A DNA stretch of 64,000 nucleotides, filler included, from Globobulimina sp. (GCA_003354225.1; 40 parts of 40 records of this genome joined end to end with filler, not necessarily neighbours in it), one strand, 5' to 3'; shown: positions 37,047 through 51,171, counted from the first letter of the whole stretch. Notes: generated from the sequence alone by a model not told the origin. Numbers and translations are program-made.

Positions 37047-38368
37047 TTGGATGGAAATGCACAAATTAAAGATATACATGTTATGACTTACAGTCTATTA
37101 CACAATTATTGTGGAAATGTGTTTGATTTTTTAGGTCAAACAACAAACGATTACATAACACATGAAACCTTTGTCGAAGAAGTAGTTACTTATTTGGGTC
37201 AATTGCAAAATGTAGTTACAGTAATTGCACATAATGAAATTCCGATTGTTGATAAAAATGGCACATTACGGGTTGGCATAAAAGGCATTGAATCAACGGA
37301 TGAATTCGAAACATGTTCATTTGCACAGAAATTAATATTATATGATCACGGTAGCATTGAGGAGCAAATTGAGAGCGCATTACAAACCATCACAAGTGAT
37401 ATGCATCAATATAACATTCGTACATTTGATATTAAAATGGATATGTTATTGCAACAACATTGCGGTGGAATGGTAATGCAGTTAGAAACGCATCAAGTTT
37501 ATCATGGCAATTTCCGTGATAATTTATATAAAATGAGCGATAATTTGATCAATAATCACGGCGAAATATCCAAGCATGAAAAATATTTTATTAATGTAAT
37601 GAATGGTGACATTATAAGCAATTTGAAATCAAACGAATACCCAACAAATAACATGGTTGAATGTCAAGCAATCGACAAAATGGTGGAATTACATGGTTTT
37701 GATATTATTAATCATCTTAATTCTGTTTCAGATTATAAAATTTCAGATTTTGAGCAGCATTCCAATTTTGTTTCGCAATATCAATATGCTCAACAAATGT
37801 TGGAATACAAAAACAAAAATGATTTTGCAAATTTAAGGCATGTTGTTGGAGAAGCAATTGATGCATTTTACCATGATGAAATTAGTGAATTTTACCATAT
37901 GGAGCTGCAATACAACTCAATCATGCAAACGTTATCTGCGTCGATGGAACAATATATCATTGATTTAAATGCAACCAATTCGAATAAATCAACTTCAAAT
38001 GTAATTGTTATGGATATAACCTCTGGAATCATTATTGATGCATTTTCAAAAGCTAAGGTAAAAACGTTGGGATATAATTGGATGGAAATTGAGGTATTAA
38101 CCACTTTCAAACAATTATATATCGCACAAGAAAATGTAGAAATTGTTACAGATAAAAAAAGAAATGTAGAAAATGTAGAAATTGTTGGAGAGATAAAAAA
38201 AGAAATGAATAATGATTCGAATTCCAATATTAATTCCGAATTGGTGCATTTTGTTGATATGTTATGGAATGATGTTACAAAACTTAATGATTCTGATAAA
38301 ATTGTACGTGGATTTGATGAGGATATTATTTATGGATTAGAGAGATATTGTAAATCTATGATGGATGT
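37047..38368 (+). CDS. Hypothetical protein; truncated
   Basis: Uninterrupted ORF of more than 430 codons in AT-rich DNA. Confidence 0.6.
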
Positions 38369-38976
38369 NNNNNNNNNNNNNNNNNNNNNNNNNNNNNNNN
38401 NNNNNNNNNNNNTTAATTAATTAANNNNNNNNNNNNNNNNNNNNNNNNNNNNNNNNNNNNNNNNNNNNTTTGCGAGGGTTTAGGTTTAGGGATTGTAAAG
38501 TTAAGAGAGGAAGTGAGGAAAGTTTTTGTTTAATCATGTGTCTTAAAGATTTTTATAAATTATTATGAGCGAGATATTATTCTTGACGATTATGTGTGAG
38601 TTAACAATAAGGTCGCGCATGTGTTGCGCCGTGGTCGTGGATGGTATGTTATTATATGGGTAGTTTGTTTATGATTTTATTACTTTCAAATTCAGCAAAA
38701 TTCAAATTAAATCGTAATTTACAAAAAACAGAAATGGATAACTTCGATCAACAGAAAACCTGTTACGGCACAAATATTAAAATTTGATTATTTTGTATTT
38801 TCTTGCATTTGTATATAGACTTATTATGAGAGTTCTTTTGTACGCAATAATTCAGTATGTACACAAATATGTACATTTATTGCTGTCATTTTGTACATTT
38901 CTTGAGCTTGAATGTAAAATTAAAAAATAAACGTATATATTTGTGTAGATCGAAATAAAATTTAGAGAGTGTAAAT

Positions 38977-39969
38977 TTATGATAATACAATGGTTGATTT
39001 ACCAGTCTCACTCCCCAGTTCATCATCCTCCTCACAATCAGATGGGGTCTGAGATGGTTCATTAAATGAATATCTTTTACCGCTTTGATTAACCATAACC
39101 AGTAACTTCCTCAATGGACACAAAATAATCACTAATTCAAGTATCCCCAATCCCGCGGCAATTAAAAATGTTATAAATTCCAACGCATGTTTTGACAAAA
39201 ACTCGTATATTAAAGCAAAAAATATGGGTGCTACAATCCAAGTGATTGCTCGGATTGCAAATATTATACCAAACCCAATCCCTTGCTCAGATTTCATCAA
39301 ATATTTGGTGACCAATCCATTTGAAACCGGACCTGATATCATTCCCAATGTCAACAATATGCCACTTATTACCACAAATACCAAATGCGGCAAAAATGAA
39401 ATGAGTGACATAAAACCAAATGCAATCACGGATAATAGACATCCAATGCATAATATATTGATATCGGATACATTCAATTCTTGCAACTTTGGTAAAATAT
39501 AAAGATTCCCAACTAATAACCCAACAGCGGCAGAAATTAAGAAGACACTGCTTACAATCATGGATTGGGAGTCATCATTCACATCCATCGCATCTAAAAT
39601 AAACGAGATAGAAATGTCTAACACTCCCGTTTCTGGCAAAGAAGCAAAAAATTGAACCACACCAATCCATGCCACAACGGGATGCGCTGTCATTTTGCAT
39701 AATACCTTTAAGGGATTCAATAACTTTTTTATATCATATTTTTGAGTACGTTCCTCTTTTATTAATGATTCTTTGACGAAAAAATGAATGTAAATGATTT
39801 GTACCACATTAATGGCTGTGATTATGACGAAATTTAATTCGGTATAAAAAAAATATTGAATCAAAATTGCAGTGACAGTGGCAAATAATAAACCAATCGC
39901 AGCAATACCATATGTTACACCATACGCCGTCATTCTGTGACCTTTCTCGAATATATCTGCGATATAAGA
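38977..39969 (-). CDS. MFS transporter (DHA1/TetA/HIAT-like), C-terminal two thirds
   Basis: YIADISEKGHRMTAYG, FFVKESL, repeated TM helices, EQGIGFGII.AI..ITWIVAP. Confidence 0.82.
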   Translation of the reverse strand, partial: SYIADIFEKGHRMTAYGVTYGIAAIGLLFATVTAILIQYFFYTELNFVIITAINVVQIIYIHFFVKESLIKEERTQKYDIKKLLNPLKVLCKMTAHPVVAWIGVVQFFASLPETGVLDISISFILDAMDVNDDSQSMIVSSVFLISAAVGLLVGNLYILPKLQELNVSDINILCIGCLLSVIAFGFMSLISFLPHLVFVVISGILLTLGMISGPVSNGLVTKYLMKSEQGIGFGIIFAIRAITWIVAPIFFALIYEFLSKHALEFITFLIAAGLGILELVIILCPLRKLLVMVNQSGKRYSFNEPSQTPSDCEEDDELGSETGKSTIVLS

Positions 39970-40492
39970 ANNNNNNNNNNNNNNNNNNNNNNNNNNNNNN
40001 NNNNNNNNNNNNNNTTAATTAATTAANNNNNNNNNNNNNNNNNNNNNNNNNNNNNNNNNNNNNNNNNNNNATCTATCTGTACTTCTTGTGATATGGTTTT
40101 GATCCTATTTGGCATACTGTGCCCTTTATTAATCAATCTAATACTCTTTAATATCTTTTTTAATTTTGTTTTATATCTTTAATCAAAATTTCTATGTACG
40201 GATGTATGTAGTCATGTGATCATATATAGATATATCTTAATAATATCTTAATAATAGCTTATTGATAGATTATGACACTGTGTCAGCATACTAAGCGGAA
40301 TATTCAGACAGGATACTTAATGATTCAACGCTTGAGCAATCACGATTAAAAATACAACCGCTTGGATAGACCCTTTTGACGCCGTGACACATTGGCATGA
40401 GTTGAACCGCAGACAACACGAAAATAATCCATAAACTAAATACATTCCATCCAATAAAAACACTCAACCATATAGCAGACAATTACAAAGAA

Positions 40493-41572
40493 ATGAACAT
40501 ATATGAATCCGATGAATTAGCAGACTATGTCAAGAATCCAATGGGCGAAGCCTATCGAGATGTGTTCTACAATTTTAACACTAAAAACAGACATTCAAAA
40601 CTTGTTAAATATATTTTAAAAACAATAATATCGCAAAGTATATCAACTTTGCGTACATTAGAAATGAGTCCCTATGTTTGGCGCATCAGTGATTATGCGG
40701 TGAGACAAGCGGCTACATTCAATTTGTTATTATTTATCATGACTGAATTTCATCATTTACCCCTCACAAATCTGATATGGCATAGTGATATTTTTAAACC
40801 ATCACAAAAACTGGACATTAATGTACAGCAAATTATCATGCAAATTAAAGCAAAAATAATAACACATTTCCCACAGCTCAAACATTTTCAATTTGGAATA
40901 ACTTTGCCTGGCTTTGCTGTTCCAATGGTGGACACCCCTCAGCTATCCACATTGACTCAATCTATCATTATTCCTGTACTTAATAATTACAATGCATTGG
41001 AATCATTGACTTTAAATTGTCGGCGTTGGAATGTATTGCACAGTCAACACGCATTAATTCCTTTGATTGCGGCAAAAATGAAGAATTTAAAAACATTTTC
41101 AGTCACTTGTCTTGTCACAATAGATACAGATCGAGATATTGATAGCAGCAGCAATGTTGACCGCTGTTTATCTGTTCAAGAATTGAATGTATCATTGGAG
41201 AGAAGTAGAAAGCCCGCATATACATTACCAGTCTGTGCAAAATACGCTCAGCTGCTATTAAACAAATTATTTTCATGTTTTATTGGAATTAAAATGTTTA
41301 CATTTGATTATGAATATTCATTTACTGACGTTTCAATTGATTGGCAACCTGTATTTAAACATTTGTTGGGAAATAAAAGAATTCATTGCATCAACAAGCC
41401 ACCAATATCAACATTACAATCATTGGCGTTTAAAAGAATGACATATGAGAATAGTATTAATATTTTGAAATCATTAACAAATTTAAAACATGAAATATTT
41501 TTTGAGTTAAAGACATTTGATATTCAAACACAATATTTTTGGCATTGGCAGGAAAGGCACCGGCATGATATT
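40493..41572 (+). CDS. Hypothetical LRR-like protein; truncated
   Basis: Recurring FPQLKHF, ALESLTL, NLKTFSV, TLQSLAF units. Confidence 0.45.
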
Positions 41573-41672
41573 NNNNNNNNNNNNNNNNNNNNNNNNNNNN
41601 NNNNNNNNNNNNNNNNTTAATTAATTAANNNNNNNNNNNNNNNNNNNNNNNNNNNNNNNNNNNNNNNNNNNN

Positions 41673-41823
41673 CCAGTGTTTTTCGGTAAGAATTAAGGAA
41701 GTTGTTGTAACCGTAGTCACAGGTGTTGATCGTTTGTCCGTCCTCTTTGTATCCTTCAGGATCGGTACCAACTAAGAAACAGCCTGTAACTATTGAGTTA
41801 AGGTCAATAATTAATTTAGGCAT
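41673..41823 (-). CDS. Prokaryote/phage-like hypothetical protein, N-terminus
   Basis: ATG at 41823 with GAGGAG 4 nt upstream; open to the contig edge. Confidence 0.6.
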
Positions 41824-41827
41824 TGTA

Positions 41828-41833
41828 CTCCTC
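41828..41833 (-). promoter_or_regulatory. Shine-Dalgarno sequence GAGGAG
   Basis: Minus strand reads aacaagaggagtacaATG. Confidence 0.6.
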
Positions 41834-41857
41834 TTGTTTGTTATCGTGTGGTTAGTT

Positions 41858-41887
41858 AAAAAGGCTACCTCAGAACGAGGTAGCCTT
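41858..41887 (-). terminator. Rho-independent terminator
   Basis: Perfect 11-bp stem AAGGCTACCTC/GAGGTAGCCTT, 5-nt loop, T-tract; about 15 nt after the TAG-TAA double stop of ORF 41905-42192. Confidence 0.75.
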
Positions 41888-41904
41888 AGTCATGCAAGCG
41901 GTTA

Positions 41905-42201
41905 CTAGCCTTCTGCTGATTTGAACTCAAACATGGTGAAGTCGTTGCTTCCAAAAGATTTCGCCTTAGCTTCAATACGAATCTTAGCAGCTTCTTCTTC
42001 TGTAGCTTTACCAAGCTTAATCTTCATTGTAGTCTGAAGCTTGTAGCGTTCAAAAGCCTTTACAGACATAGGAGAGAGCGAGAACATAACCATGTTTCCG
42101 ATCTCTTCGTGGTCTACATCAGCGTCTTCAAGAAGAATAATTAACTCAACATAGCGCTTTGAAGATGCCTTTGGGTATGTTGGGTGCAACAAAGGAGCTA
42201 G
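41905..42201 (-). CDS. Prokaryote/phage-like hypothetical protein, C-terminal part (5' end lost at the junction near 42200)
   Basis: Intronless, with GCT/AAG/TTC-rich codons unlike neighbouring genes; double stop, then terminator. Confidence 0.55.
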   Translation of the reverse strand, partial: LAPLLHPTYPKASSKRYVELIILLEDADVDHEEIGNMVMFSLSPMSVKAFERYKLQTTMKIKLGKATEEEAAKIRIEAKAKSFGSNDFTMFEFKSAEG

Positions 42202-42225
42202 CTAGGCAGACCTGACATTGCCAAT

Positions 42226-43174
42226 ATGATGTACAAATTCTTGATTAGTAATGGTAATAAATCCAAACACAAGAAGGAGATCACATTGATTAGAATGGAG
42301 ATTATTGTGAGTTTATTATCCAATTTAGATAACACCAAACAATCGCAGCCACAGTTACCCATTCAACAACAGATGAACACATTTGCGAATTCGAATATGA
42401 GTCAAAAGCATGGCAAGAACCGGAAACATCACAATAAAGTCAAACGGCGCTCGTTTATTAGTAAGAATAATGGGGTGATGCAAGAATATTTTAATAAAAA
42501 GTCTCAGTCCAAATCAAAGAGTAAGAGTAAGAGCAAAAGTAAAAGTAAATCTAAATCAAAAAGTAAGAAATCAAAGTCAAAATCGAAAAGTAAATCCAAA
42601 TCCAAATCAAAGTCATCCTCGCCAAGTATTAAGAGTAGAGACAATAATACGGCGTTCCAAGAGATTATGAAAGGAGCAGCCTCGGTATCGGTGGCTATGA
42701 CCAATCCACATCGGAAACCTCCACAGATCCGGCGCATTAATAAGAAAGCCGCCAAAGTTGGACATTTGTATGATATAAAATCTCCCAATTCAATGTCCAA
42801 TTTACCGCCTCTGCCGCCGACACCATTGAAACAGAAACGAATCAGTATCCTTAGCAAAGAAATGAATCATATGAAGATGAGTATGGATGAATATAATGAC
42901 TGGTTACTGATATGTTTTAAAAACAGTATTATTGATTCGTTGATGGAGCTATTACACAATGATGAGTTACGAGTCTATGTCTTTGACCATACCATGATAT
43001 CGCACCATATGATCGGCAATGACATATTATCGGCCATTGAGTATCTGTTTGAGTGCCAGTTTGCATTTATGAGCAATGGTTCGGCGTATTTGGATTTTAC
43101 CGGATTTGCGGCGGGAATGAATAAATGTAATAGCCATGTTGAAACTCCACCCATTCCCATTCCGGTAAGATTTG
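42226..43174 (+). CDS. Eukaryotic low-complexity protein with (SK)n dipeptide tract; truncated
   Basis: Long ORF with a long SK repeat and Pro-rich LPPLPPTP. Confidence 0.55.
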
Positions 43175-43459
43175 NNNNNNNNNNNNNNNNNNNNNNNNNN
43201 NNNNNNNNNNNNNNNNNNTTAATTAATTAANNNNNNNNNNNNNNNNNNNNNNNNNNNNNNNNNNNNNNNNNNNNGCTTCTCAACGTGGCAACTCATCCGC
43301 ATGCCATACTGGCTCCGTTCTTACGGTTTAAAGGTCATTGCGCTGCGGCACCTTCTGGTGGTAGTGAGCTCGAAGCAGAGCGTGTTTGGCCCCCGATCGT
43401 CATCCATGTGATCTGACCTTTCGCTATGATTCCAACTCTGCACATTGAGACATTGAGAC

Positions 43460-44323
43460 ATGCCTTTCAGTGCTCGCATATATCCATCCATTCGGTTGTC
43501 CGCATTGCGAGTCAACGCATCCAAACAGAGATTATATTCGTCATCGAAATCAAGATTAAAATCGTCAGAAACTTTACGAAGATCGAGATCAAGAAATAAC
43601 AATAAATATTATCCAAAGCGAAATTATCGAAATAAAGCAAATAATCGAAATAAATCCAATAATCGAAAGAAAAAAATAAAAACAAGAACACATACAAATA
43701 ATTTATATAATAAATCCAATAAATCGTATAATAATAAATTCCATCGATCTTCATCGGCGCCGCGATTCCAAAATAAAGGGAAATATTTAAGTCGTTCCCG
43801 TTCGCCGTCAGTCAGATTTGACCCAACTGAATGGGCAAAAAATAGGAAAGACAAAATCCAGAAAGCAAAAGCGTTAAAAAATACATTTGGAAAATCGCGG
43901 AGTCCGTCACCTTTTAGAACCTCCCGATCTGTCTCACCAATAAATTCTATAAAATGTCCGAAAAAAAGGAAAAGAAACAATAAAAGAAGGGATAGATCAA
44001 ATTCACGCAAACGGAATTCATTCGGATCCACAATATCTATATCACCGATGGGGAGAAAACGGAATAACAGCAATAAAAGAAGATTGCCACTGCATCCAAA
44101 TGCGAATTATTCACCGACCTCAACAGTCAATGATGAAAACGATTTAAATTTAATAAATTCAATGGAAAAGAGACAAAAACGAATATTGTCTGTCAATGAT
44201 GATGAGTCTGACGATGATGATGATGCTGAGAGTACTTTTAATCCAACCAAAGAAATTGAGAGTATAGATTCCAGATTAAATGCTTTACAAAAATTCTTAA
44301 GAGCTGCTAAATCATCCTCATAA
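43460..44323 (+). CDS. CCDC61: CCDC61/VFL3-like centriolar protein, C-terminal region
   Basis: RFDPTEWAKNR and terminal EIESIDSRLNALQKFL match the conserved CCDC61 RFDPT and EIDARLKALQ motifs; RS-rich linker. Confidence 0.7.
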   Translation: MPFSARIYPSIRLSALRVNASKQRLYSSSKSRLKSSETLRRSRSRNNNKYYPKRNYRNKANNRNKSNNRKKKIKTRTHTNNLYNKSNKSYNNKFHRSSSAPRFQNKGKYLSRSRSPSVRFDPTEWAKNRKDKIQKAKALKNTFGKSRSPSPFRTSRSVSPINSIKCPKKRKRNNKRRDRSNSRKRNSFGSTISISPMGRKRNNSNKRRLPLHPNANYSPTSTVNDENDLNLINSMEKRQKRILSVNDDESDDDDDAESTFNPTKEIESIDSRLNALQKFLRAAKSSS

Positions 44324-45081
44324 CATAACAAATTCTATAATATATTTTATTTATTGAAGGGGACTATTTTCGAAACTTTTCTGCAAAGAGCTTCACTTTT
44401 TGACTCAACATTTCACACATTGTCAAAAAACATTTTTGAATAATTTGGCATTATATGGTCTTTTTTTTTAAAGGAGAGGGAAACAAGGCTTTGTAACTTG
44501 TGTTAATTAAAGTCGGGGGGGTCGCATCTTTTTCGGCTTGTCTCCAGAAAGGATTTAACGGCCAACACTTTCCCCCCAACATACCACAAACATAACAATA
44601 AATAAACAAATAATAAAAAACCAAATAATAGAATAAAATAAAAACAAAACAATACATATAATCATAATCGGGCAAAATGAGTTTTGTAAATGATAATCGG
44701 GCAAAATGAGTGAAAAAATGAGTTTTATAATTTCTGCGATTTGCCATCGCAGAATGAATTAATCCGTGGTCCTATTNNNNNNNNNNNNNNNNNNNNNNNN
44801 NNNNNNNNNNNNNNNNNNNNTTAATTAATTAANNNNNNNNNNNNNNNNNNNNNNNNNNNNNNNNNNNNNNNNNNNNTATATTGCGCAATATAATTTGGTT
44901 ATTGCAATTTATTGCAATTTAGACCTGCGTTGTAGGCTTTTAACGCAAGCTTATTTAGCAACAATATGGATCACAGACAAGTCTCGAGTTATTGCAATTA
45001 AGGATATATAAGAACAACCCCGTAAATGAGTGTTTAAGTGAAGTAGTTATAGATACAAAAACCCCTTTTCCAGTTGTGACT

Positions 45082-46378
45082 ATGTTCTTTTTTGTGGGTT
45101 GGCCAAAGGTTGTTCCTCTTAAGAATTCAGAGGTTGTAGATATTCAACATAATGCATCTAAAGTATGGAGTGTTATTTTAACCAAAGATTGGATCTCTGT
45201 ATGGACATTTGCATTGAATGAAAATATTTTATTGGGATTCTTGAAACGATCCGATATTGATAAATATGGTGAAAATCATTTCATTTTATGGTCGTATGAT
45301 TCTCGTAAAATTGCTGTCATCACTACAAAACTATGTGTTTATTTATATAATATCGAAGAAATAAATGAATTTGTTATCACAGCAACTAACCACATCAACA
45401 ACACCAACAATGTAAACATCAACTCATTAATACCAAAAGTAAACAAAATCCGCATTATCCCATATAAATTATTACATTTAATGAAATTGCCGCCATATTC
45501 CACCATTACACGGTATGTACTCCCCACTCCTCACTATGTAACAGTGGCAGTGCAAGGATATAAACACTAAAAAAAAGAGCATGTCATCTGACCAACGATG
45601 TCTTTGTAATATCCACAAACTACGCGCAATTTATCCATATTCATTGGAAAGGCAATGTAGAATTAACCTGCCAGCTTAATCTAAAAAATAAGCCACCAAA
45701 CAGTGGCAGCAACGACAACGACACTGACTCTCCAATCACGCCAACCAAACTCAAGGATAATCCCAATGTATGTGAGCTATATAACATTATCTAAACACAT
45801 ATCACTCGACAATAAAACAGTGGGGTCGGCCTAAGGCCTCCTTGCCCTTAACACGGACACGCGACCATGAAAACGACTCGATTGGCATTGTTGACCTCTG
45901 CATGTCCTCTAAATTGGGCATAATGGTCGTCGTATTTGAGAGCGGTTCGTGTTGGCTTATCCCGCTGCAAAAACTGTGTAAAAACGTGTCCAGACACAAT
46001 CTGAGTGTGAACCAAACGACGTATGTCAATGAGTACGAAAATGTGACCTGCTGCGATATCTGCGATAGATTTCATTTTTTAGCGTTAGGATTGTCGACTG
46101 GCAATGTTATTATTTATCATTTGAATTTGGAATTTATTCAATCAACAGAGAGGAAGTTACAATTTGGATTGCAGCTATTGCTGATTTTCAGTGCGCATAA
46201 ATACAATTTAATTCCACAGACATTTGCTTTGGACGATGTCCGCGAAGTGTCGTGGAGTGACAGTGGAACTTCGTTGGCCATCTCATGGAAGAAAGGCGTT
46301 GTCGTATATTGTGTGCGTGGATTGGTTATATTTTCAACGCTGCACAACCAAGTTGAGCTTGAATTCATTGGGCAAATA
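45082..46378 (+). CDS. RIC1: RIC1 (Rab6 GEF complex subunit), N-terminal WD40 region; multi-exon, truncated
   Basis: Start MFFFVGWPK like RIC1 MYF..GWPK; FLALGLSTGNVIIY; VSWSDSGTSLAISW..G. Confidence 0.72.
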
Positions 46379-46903
46379 NNNNNNNNNNNNNNNNNNNNNN
46401 NNNNNNNNNNNNNNNNNNNNNNTTAATTAATTAANNNNNNNNNNNNNNNNNNNNNNNNNNNNNNNNNNNNNNNNNNNNTTTATCATTTTTCTTTTTTTTT
46501 ATATTTTTAATTACAACAAAGTACGAAAATATTATCAAAACGCAAACAATTTTTATGATAGCAGACTTGTTGTATTTTTAGCAAATAATAAAAAAGTATT
46601 GTAATCATCAAAAAAGGTATTAAATCAAAACAAAAAATCTGTAGATAAATAATATGTAAAAAGTGATTTTAATTCAGCGATATCAACTTTTGTCGGCGAT
46701 ATTAATTAGAAAGTGGTAATTTGTAATAAACTTTTATCGGCGATATCAACCAAATATTGTGCGCTTTTTGTTTATTGTAATCGATAGCAACAGCTGTACT
46801 TACAGGCAGTTACAGCTACATACCGATTGCGTGTAAAAATAAAAATACTAACCATACGCATTTATTTTGGACTTTTTTCACTCCAGTTTTGAGACTTTTG
46901 ACA

Positions 46904-47865
<962 letters not shown>

Positions 47866-47868
<3 letters not shown>

Positions 47869-47926
47869 TTTGAGAAATTCATACCAGATTCAAATTTGTC
47901 AAATCTCTCATGAATTTCTCAAATCA
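47866..47926. repeat. 17-bp perfect inverted repeat starting at the Rab2 stop codon
   Basis: tgatttgagaaattcat (47866-47882) and atgaatttctcaaatca (47910-47926). Confidence 0.75.
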
Positions 47927-48128
47927 ACTAGTTTGTCTGAATTATGTGATTCATAAATTTCTCAAATCTATCAAATCTATNNNNNNNNNNNNNNNNNNNN
48001 NNNNNNNNNNNNNNNNNNNNNNNNTTAATTAATTAANNNNNNNNNNNNNNNNNNNNNNNNNNNNNNNNNNNNNNNNNNNNTATAAAATTAAAATTAATCA
48101 AAAAACAAATACATTATACATATTTAAA

Positions 48129-48525
48129 GGAAGGTTGGATGTTAAAAAAACCGACAAATCATTTTTTTTTAAGGAATAAAAACTATAAAAGAAGATATTT
48201 TAAATTATCCTCAGAATGGAAATTATGGTATTTTGTGCATCAAAATGATTTATATAATAAAGATATGATTGATTTAAATTTTTTAACTTCGATCAAAAAA
48301 AAATATCAAAAATCATTGGAAATTTATGAAACAAAAGGAAGGAATCAATGGTTATTTGAATGTGATTCGGAACAAGAGAGAGATGAATGGTATGATCTCA
48401 TGTTATTAGCATATCAATCAAAACAAAAGAAAGACGAGAATGAGTCGGATGAACCGGAGGTTGTTCAACCCAAAATATGGCAATTTAAAAAACAACAAAC
48501 GGTGTATGGTAACGATCGATTGTAA
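48129..48525 (+). CDS. PH-domain protein, terminal exon
   Basis: GWMLKK...YKRRYFKL...LWYF...IDL...FECDSEQERDEW. Confidence 0.8.
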
Positions 48526-48663
48526 TATAATTTTTGTTTTTTAAGTATTATCGTCAGATATTAACCTCTAACGACTGAACATGAACAATGAGCTTAACAT
48601 TTTTTATTTGAGGTTACTAGAAGTGTGCTACATTTTGTTTGTTTGTTCAATTAATCCGAGAGC

Positions 48664-49582
48664 ATGGAAACTACACAAGCCAACGATGCAGATTCAATAA
48701 AAACATCTGTGATGAACAAAGCCGGATATGTTTTCAATACCAAAGTCTGTGGCACCATGCAAGGTACAATGTATTCTATTCTATTGTGGCATGTTTTTTT
48801 TGTTGAATATATGTATACGTATATTGATTAGGCGAAATATGGCAATCCGTTGAAAAACTAACTGGTAAAAGAGTTGTTATCAAAGCAACAAATATAGGCT
48901 TACATGAAAATGGCATTACTTTCGTGAACGGAGCACCAATAAAAGTGCAAGAGAACATTGTATTGGAAAAATCAATTTTAAAATATCTGTCAGATGATAA
49001 CAAATGTCCTAAATCTATCGTGAAATATATCGATTCCTTTAAGAGGTACTGTATATATCGACTCATGTACACACAGCATATTTTAAATAACTTCTCAAAT
49101 ATGTACAGCAATGATTATTATTTCCTGGTGATGGAACATGGTGGATTTCGTCTTTTTGATTTCATTGTGAATGTTCACCGTTTTATAAGCAGCGGAAGAC
49201 TGTCCATTTCTGAATGGCATAAATTGGCCAAAATAATATGTAAACAAATGATAGAATGTGTTGCATATTGCCACTCTAAAAATGTTGTTCATTTCGATAT
49301 TTCTTTGGAAAACTTTTTGGTGAATGACATTCAAATTGATGTGCATAAAAACGGCAAACAGGAAAAGATTACATTTTGTATTGACGAAAAAGATTCGGTT
49401 CAAATTAAATTATGTGACTTTGGTTTGTATGTTCTGTAGAAAATATATGTAACACATTGCGGTAAAATGTTATTCTATACATAGGGTTGGCGCAGTTATT
49501 CAAAAATAAACATTCCAAAGCTAACGATATACGTTTTCATAGCAACAAATTTTGTGGGAAAGAAAATTATCAATGTCCAGAA
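48664..49582 (+). CDS. Divergent non-RD Ser/Thr protein kinase; four exons, truncated
   Basis: VVIKAT, LVMEHGG, HFDISLENFLV, IKLCDFG|LA, FCGKENYQCPE; GT-AG introns join the frames. Confidence 0.85.
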
Positions 49583-49838
49583 NNNNNNNNNNNNNNNNNN
49601 NNNNNNNNNNNNNNNNNNNNNNNNNNTTAATTAATTAANNNNNNNNNNNNNNNNNNNNNNNNNNNNNNNNNNNNNNNNNNNNGGTGGAACTAAAGATAAG
49701 AATAAAAAATCAACAGAAACTGATAACACCAAACACTGCAAACATCACAAATCTCATTTAACATATACGAGATCAAAAAAAAAAGTTTGTATAAATTGTA
49801 AAAAAATCATTCAATCAAAATCAATCATGCAGTAACTA

Positions 49839-51171
49839 TCATTTTTTAACATTAACATCTTGTTTCTCTTTATCCGCACTCTTCACCTTAACATATGAAT
49901 CATCACTGCCGTTTGTACCCACATCTGCAGCATCATCATCCTTCTCTATTTCACCATTATCTCTCTCAACTTCCTCCTCCTCCTCCTTCTCCTCCACCTC
50001 CGCCTCCACCTCTTTCCTATCATCATCACATTGTTTTACTTTTATACTTTTTGATTTATTTCTATTTTTAATACAAGGCACAATCTCCAAATCAACCGGA
50101 TCCGCCACAGTGCAGTAATTGCCGTCCAATACATCATTCTCAATATCCGCAGTATATCCATATTTAATCGGCAACTCACAAGTACCGCCGTACGCCTTTG
50201 GTATCTGATCCAATGCTATTTTCTTCTTCAAAGTATTGATATAATCACTGCCCAAAATGTCAATCTTTGCCACGGTGATGGGATGCACAAAATTACTGAT
50301 AATTTTCCAGGCGAATCTAAACGGCCACGGCGCGTTTATAATGTACATTTTCTCCAAAGTGTTGGGCCACAAATTGCTTTCATCGCCGATGATGTCGCGG
50401 ACCAAATTCCTATACTTCGCCGTCAAACACCGCGCGTAAAAATTCTTGATATCCATCACGATGCAATGCTTAGTAATCGCATTCAAACCTTTTTTAAAAA
50501 ATATATTAACTCCTAACACAAAAAAAAGCAGTTAAAATACCTCCTTTGTCGTTGACAGAGCCATCGTAGGAATATCGCATAGTTTGTATTCGTTTGGTGT
50601 TATGTAAGCGGCGTAGTACGCGGAACCGAAAGGTTTTCAATTTCCTCATTTTATGCTCAAAACAGGTGTCCAAATCGGCGGGATTACTGCAGCCAATCTC
50701 GTCGTACATGATGGGATGTCCTTCGTTGTCGTAGCCATAAATAAAAACTGGCCACGCTTTATGCGATTCATTCTCCTCATTTGCAGGCATTGGAGCGTCT
50801 AATAACTGTTTGAAATCGTACTCGTTTGGATTTTGTTGAGGGGTAAAGCCGCGTTTTAAGAGTTCGTCGATGTGTTTGAACGTTTCGACAGCTCTTTCTT
50901 TTTCGTGCGAGTATCCTTGCACAAAACGGGTGGTGTCATCTGAGTAGAAACAGGATAATGCATCGCCGTATTTTTTATGGATTTTGTCAAACATTTCCCA
51001 GTCTGAAGCATTAAATGCTAAGAGACATTCATTTGGTGTGTTTATTGGAGGGATGGAGGCGTTGATTGGTTTGGGTACGGATGATGGTGCTGGATGGCGT
51101 CGAGTTGGGTATTGGATCAGGTGGTTTAGATCGTCACTTGATTTCTTTTCTTCTTTTTTTTCTTCTGCCAT
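49839..51171 (-). CDS. CRAL-TRIO/Sec14 lipid-binding protein; intron 50489-50540
   Basis: IYGYDNEGHPI, IVMDI, WPNTLEKMYIINAPWPFRFAWKII..F..P.T..KI, DQIPKAYGG; a phase-1 intron joins the ORFs. Confidence 0.88.

Noticed and set aside
38474-38492. Telomere repeat (agggtttaggtttaggg)
   Set aside because: Only about three degenerate units; too short to call
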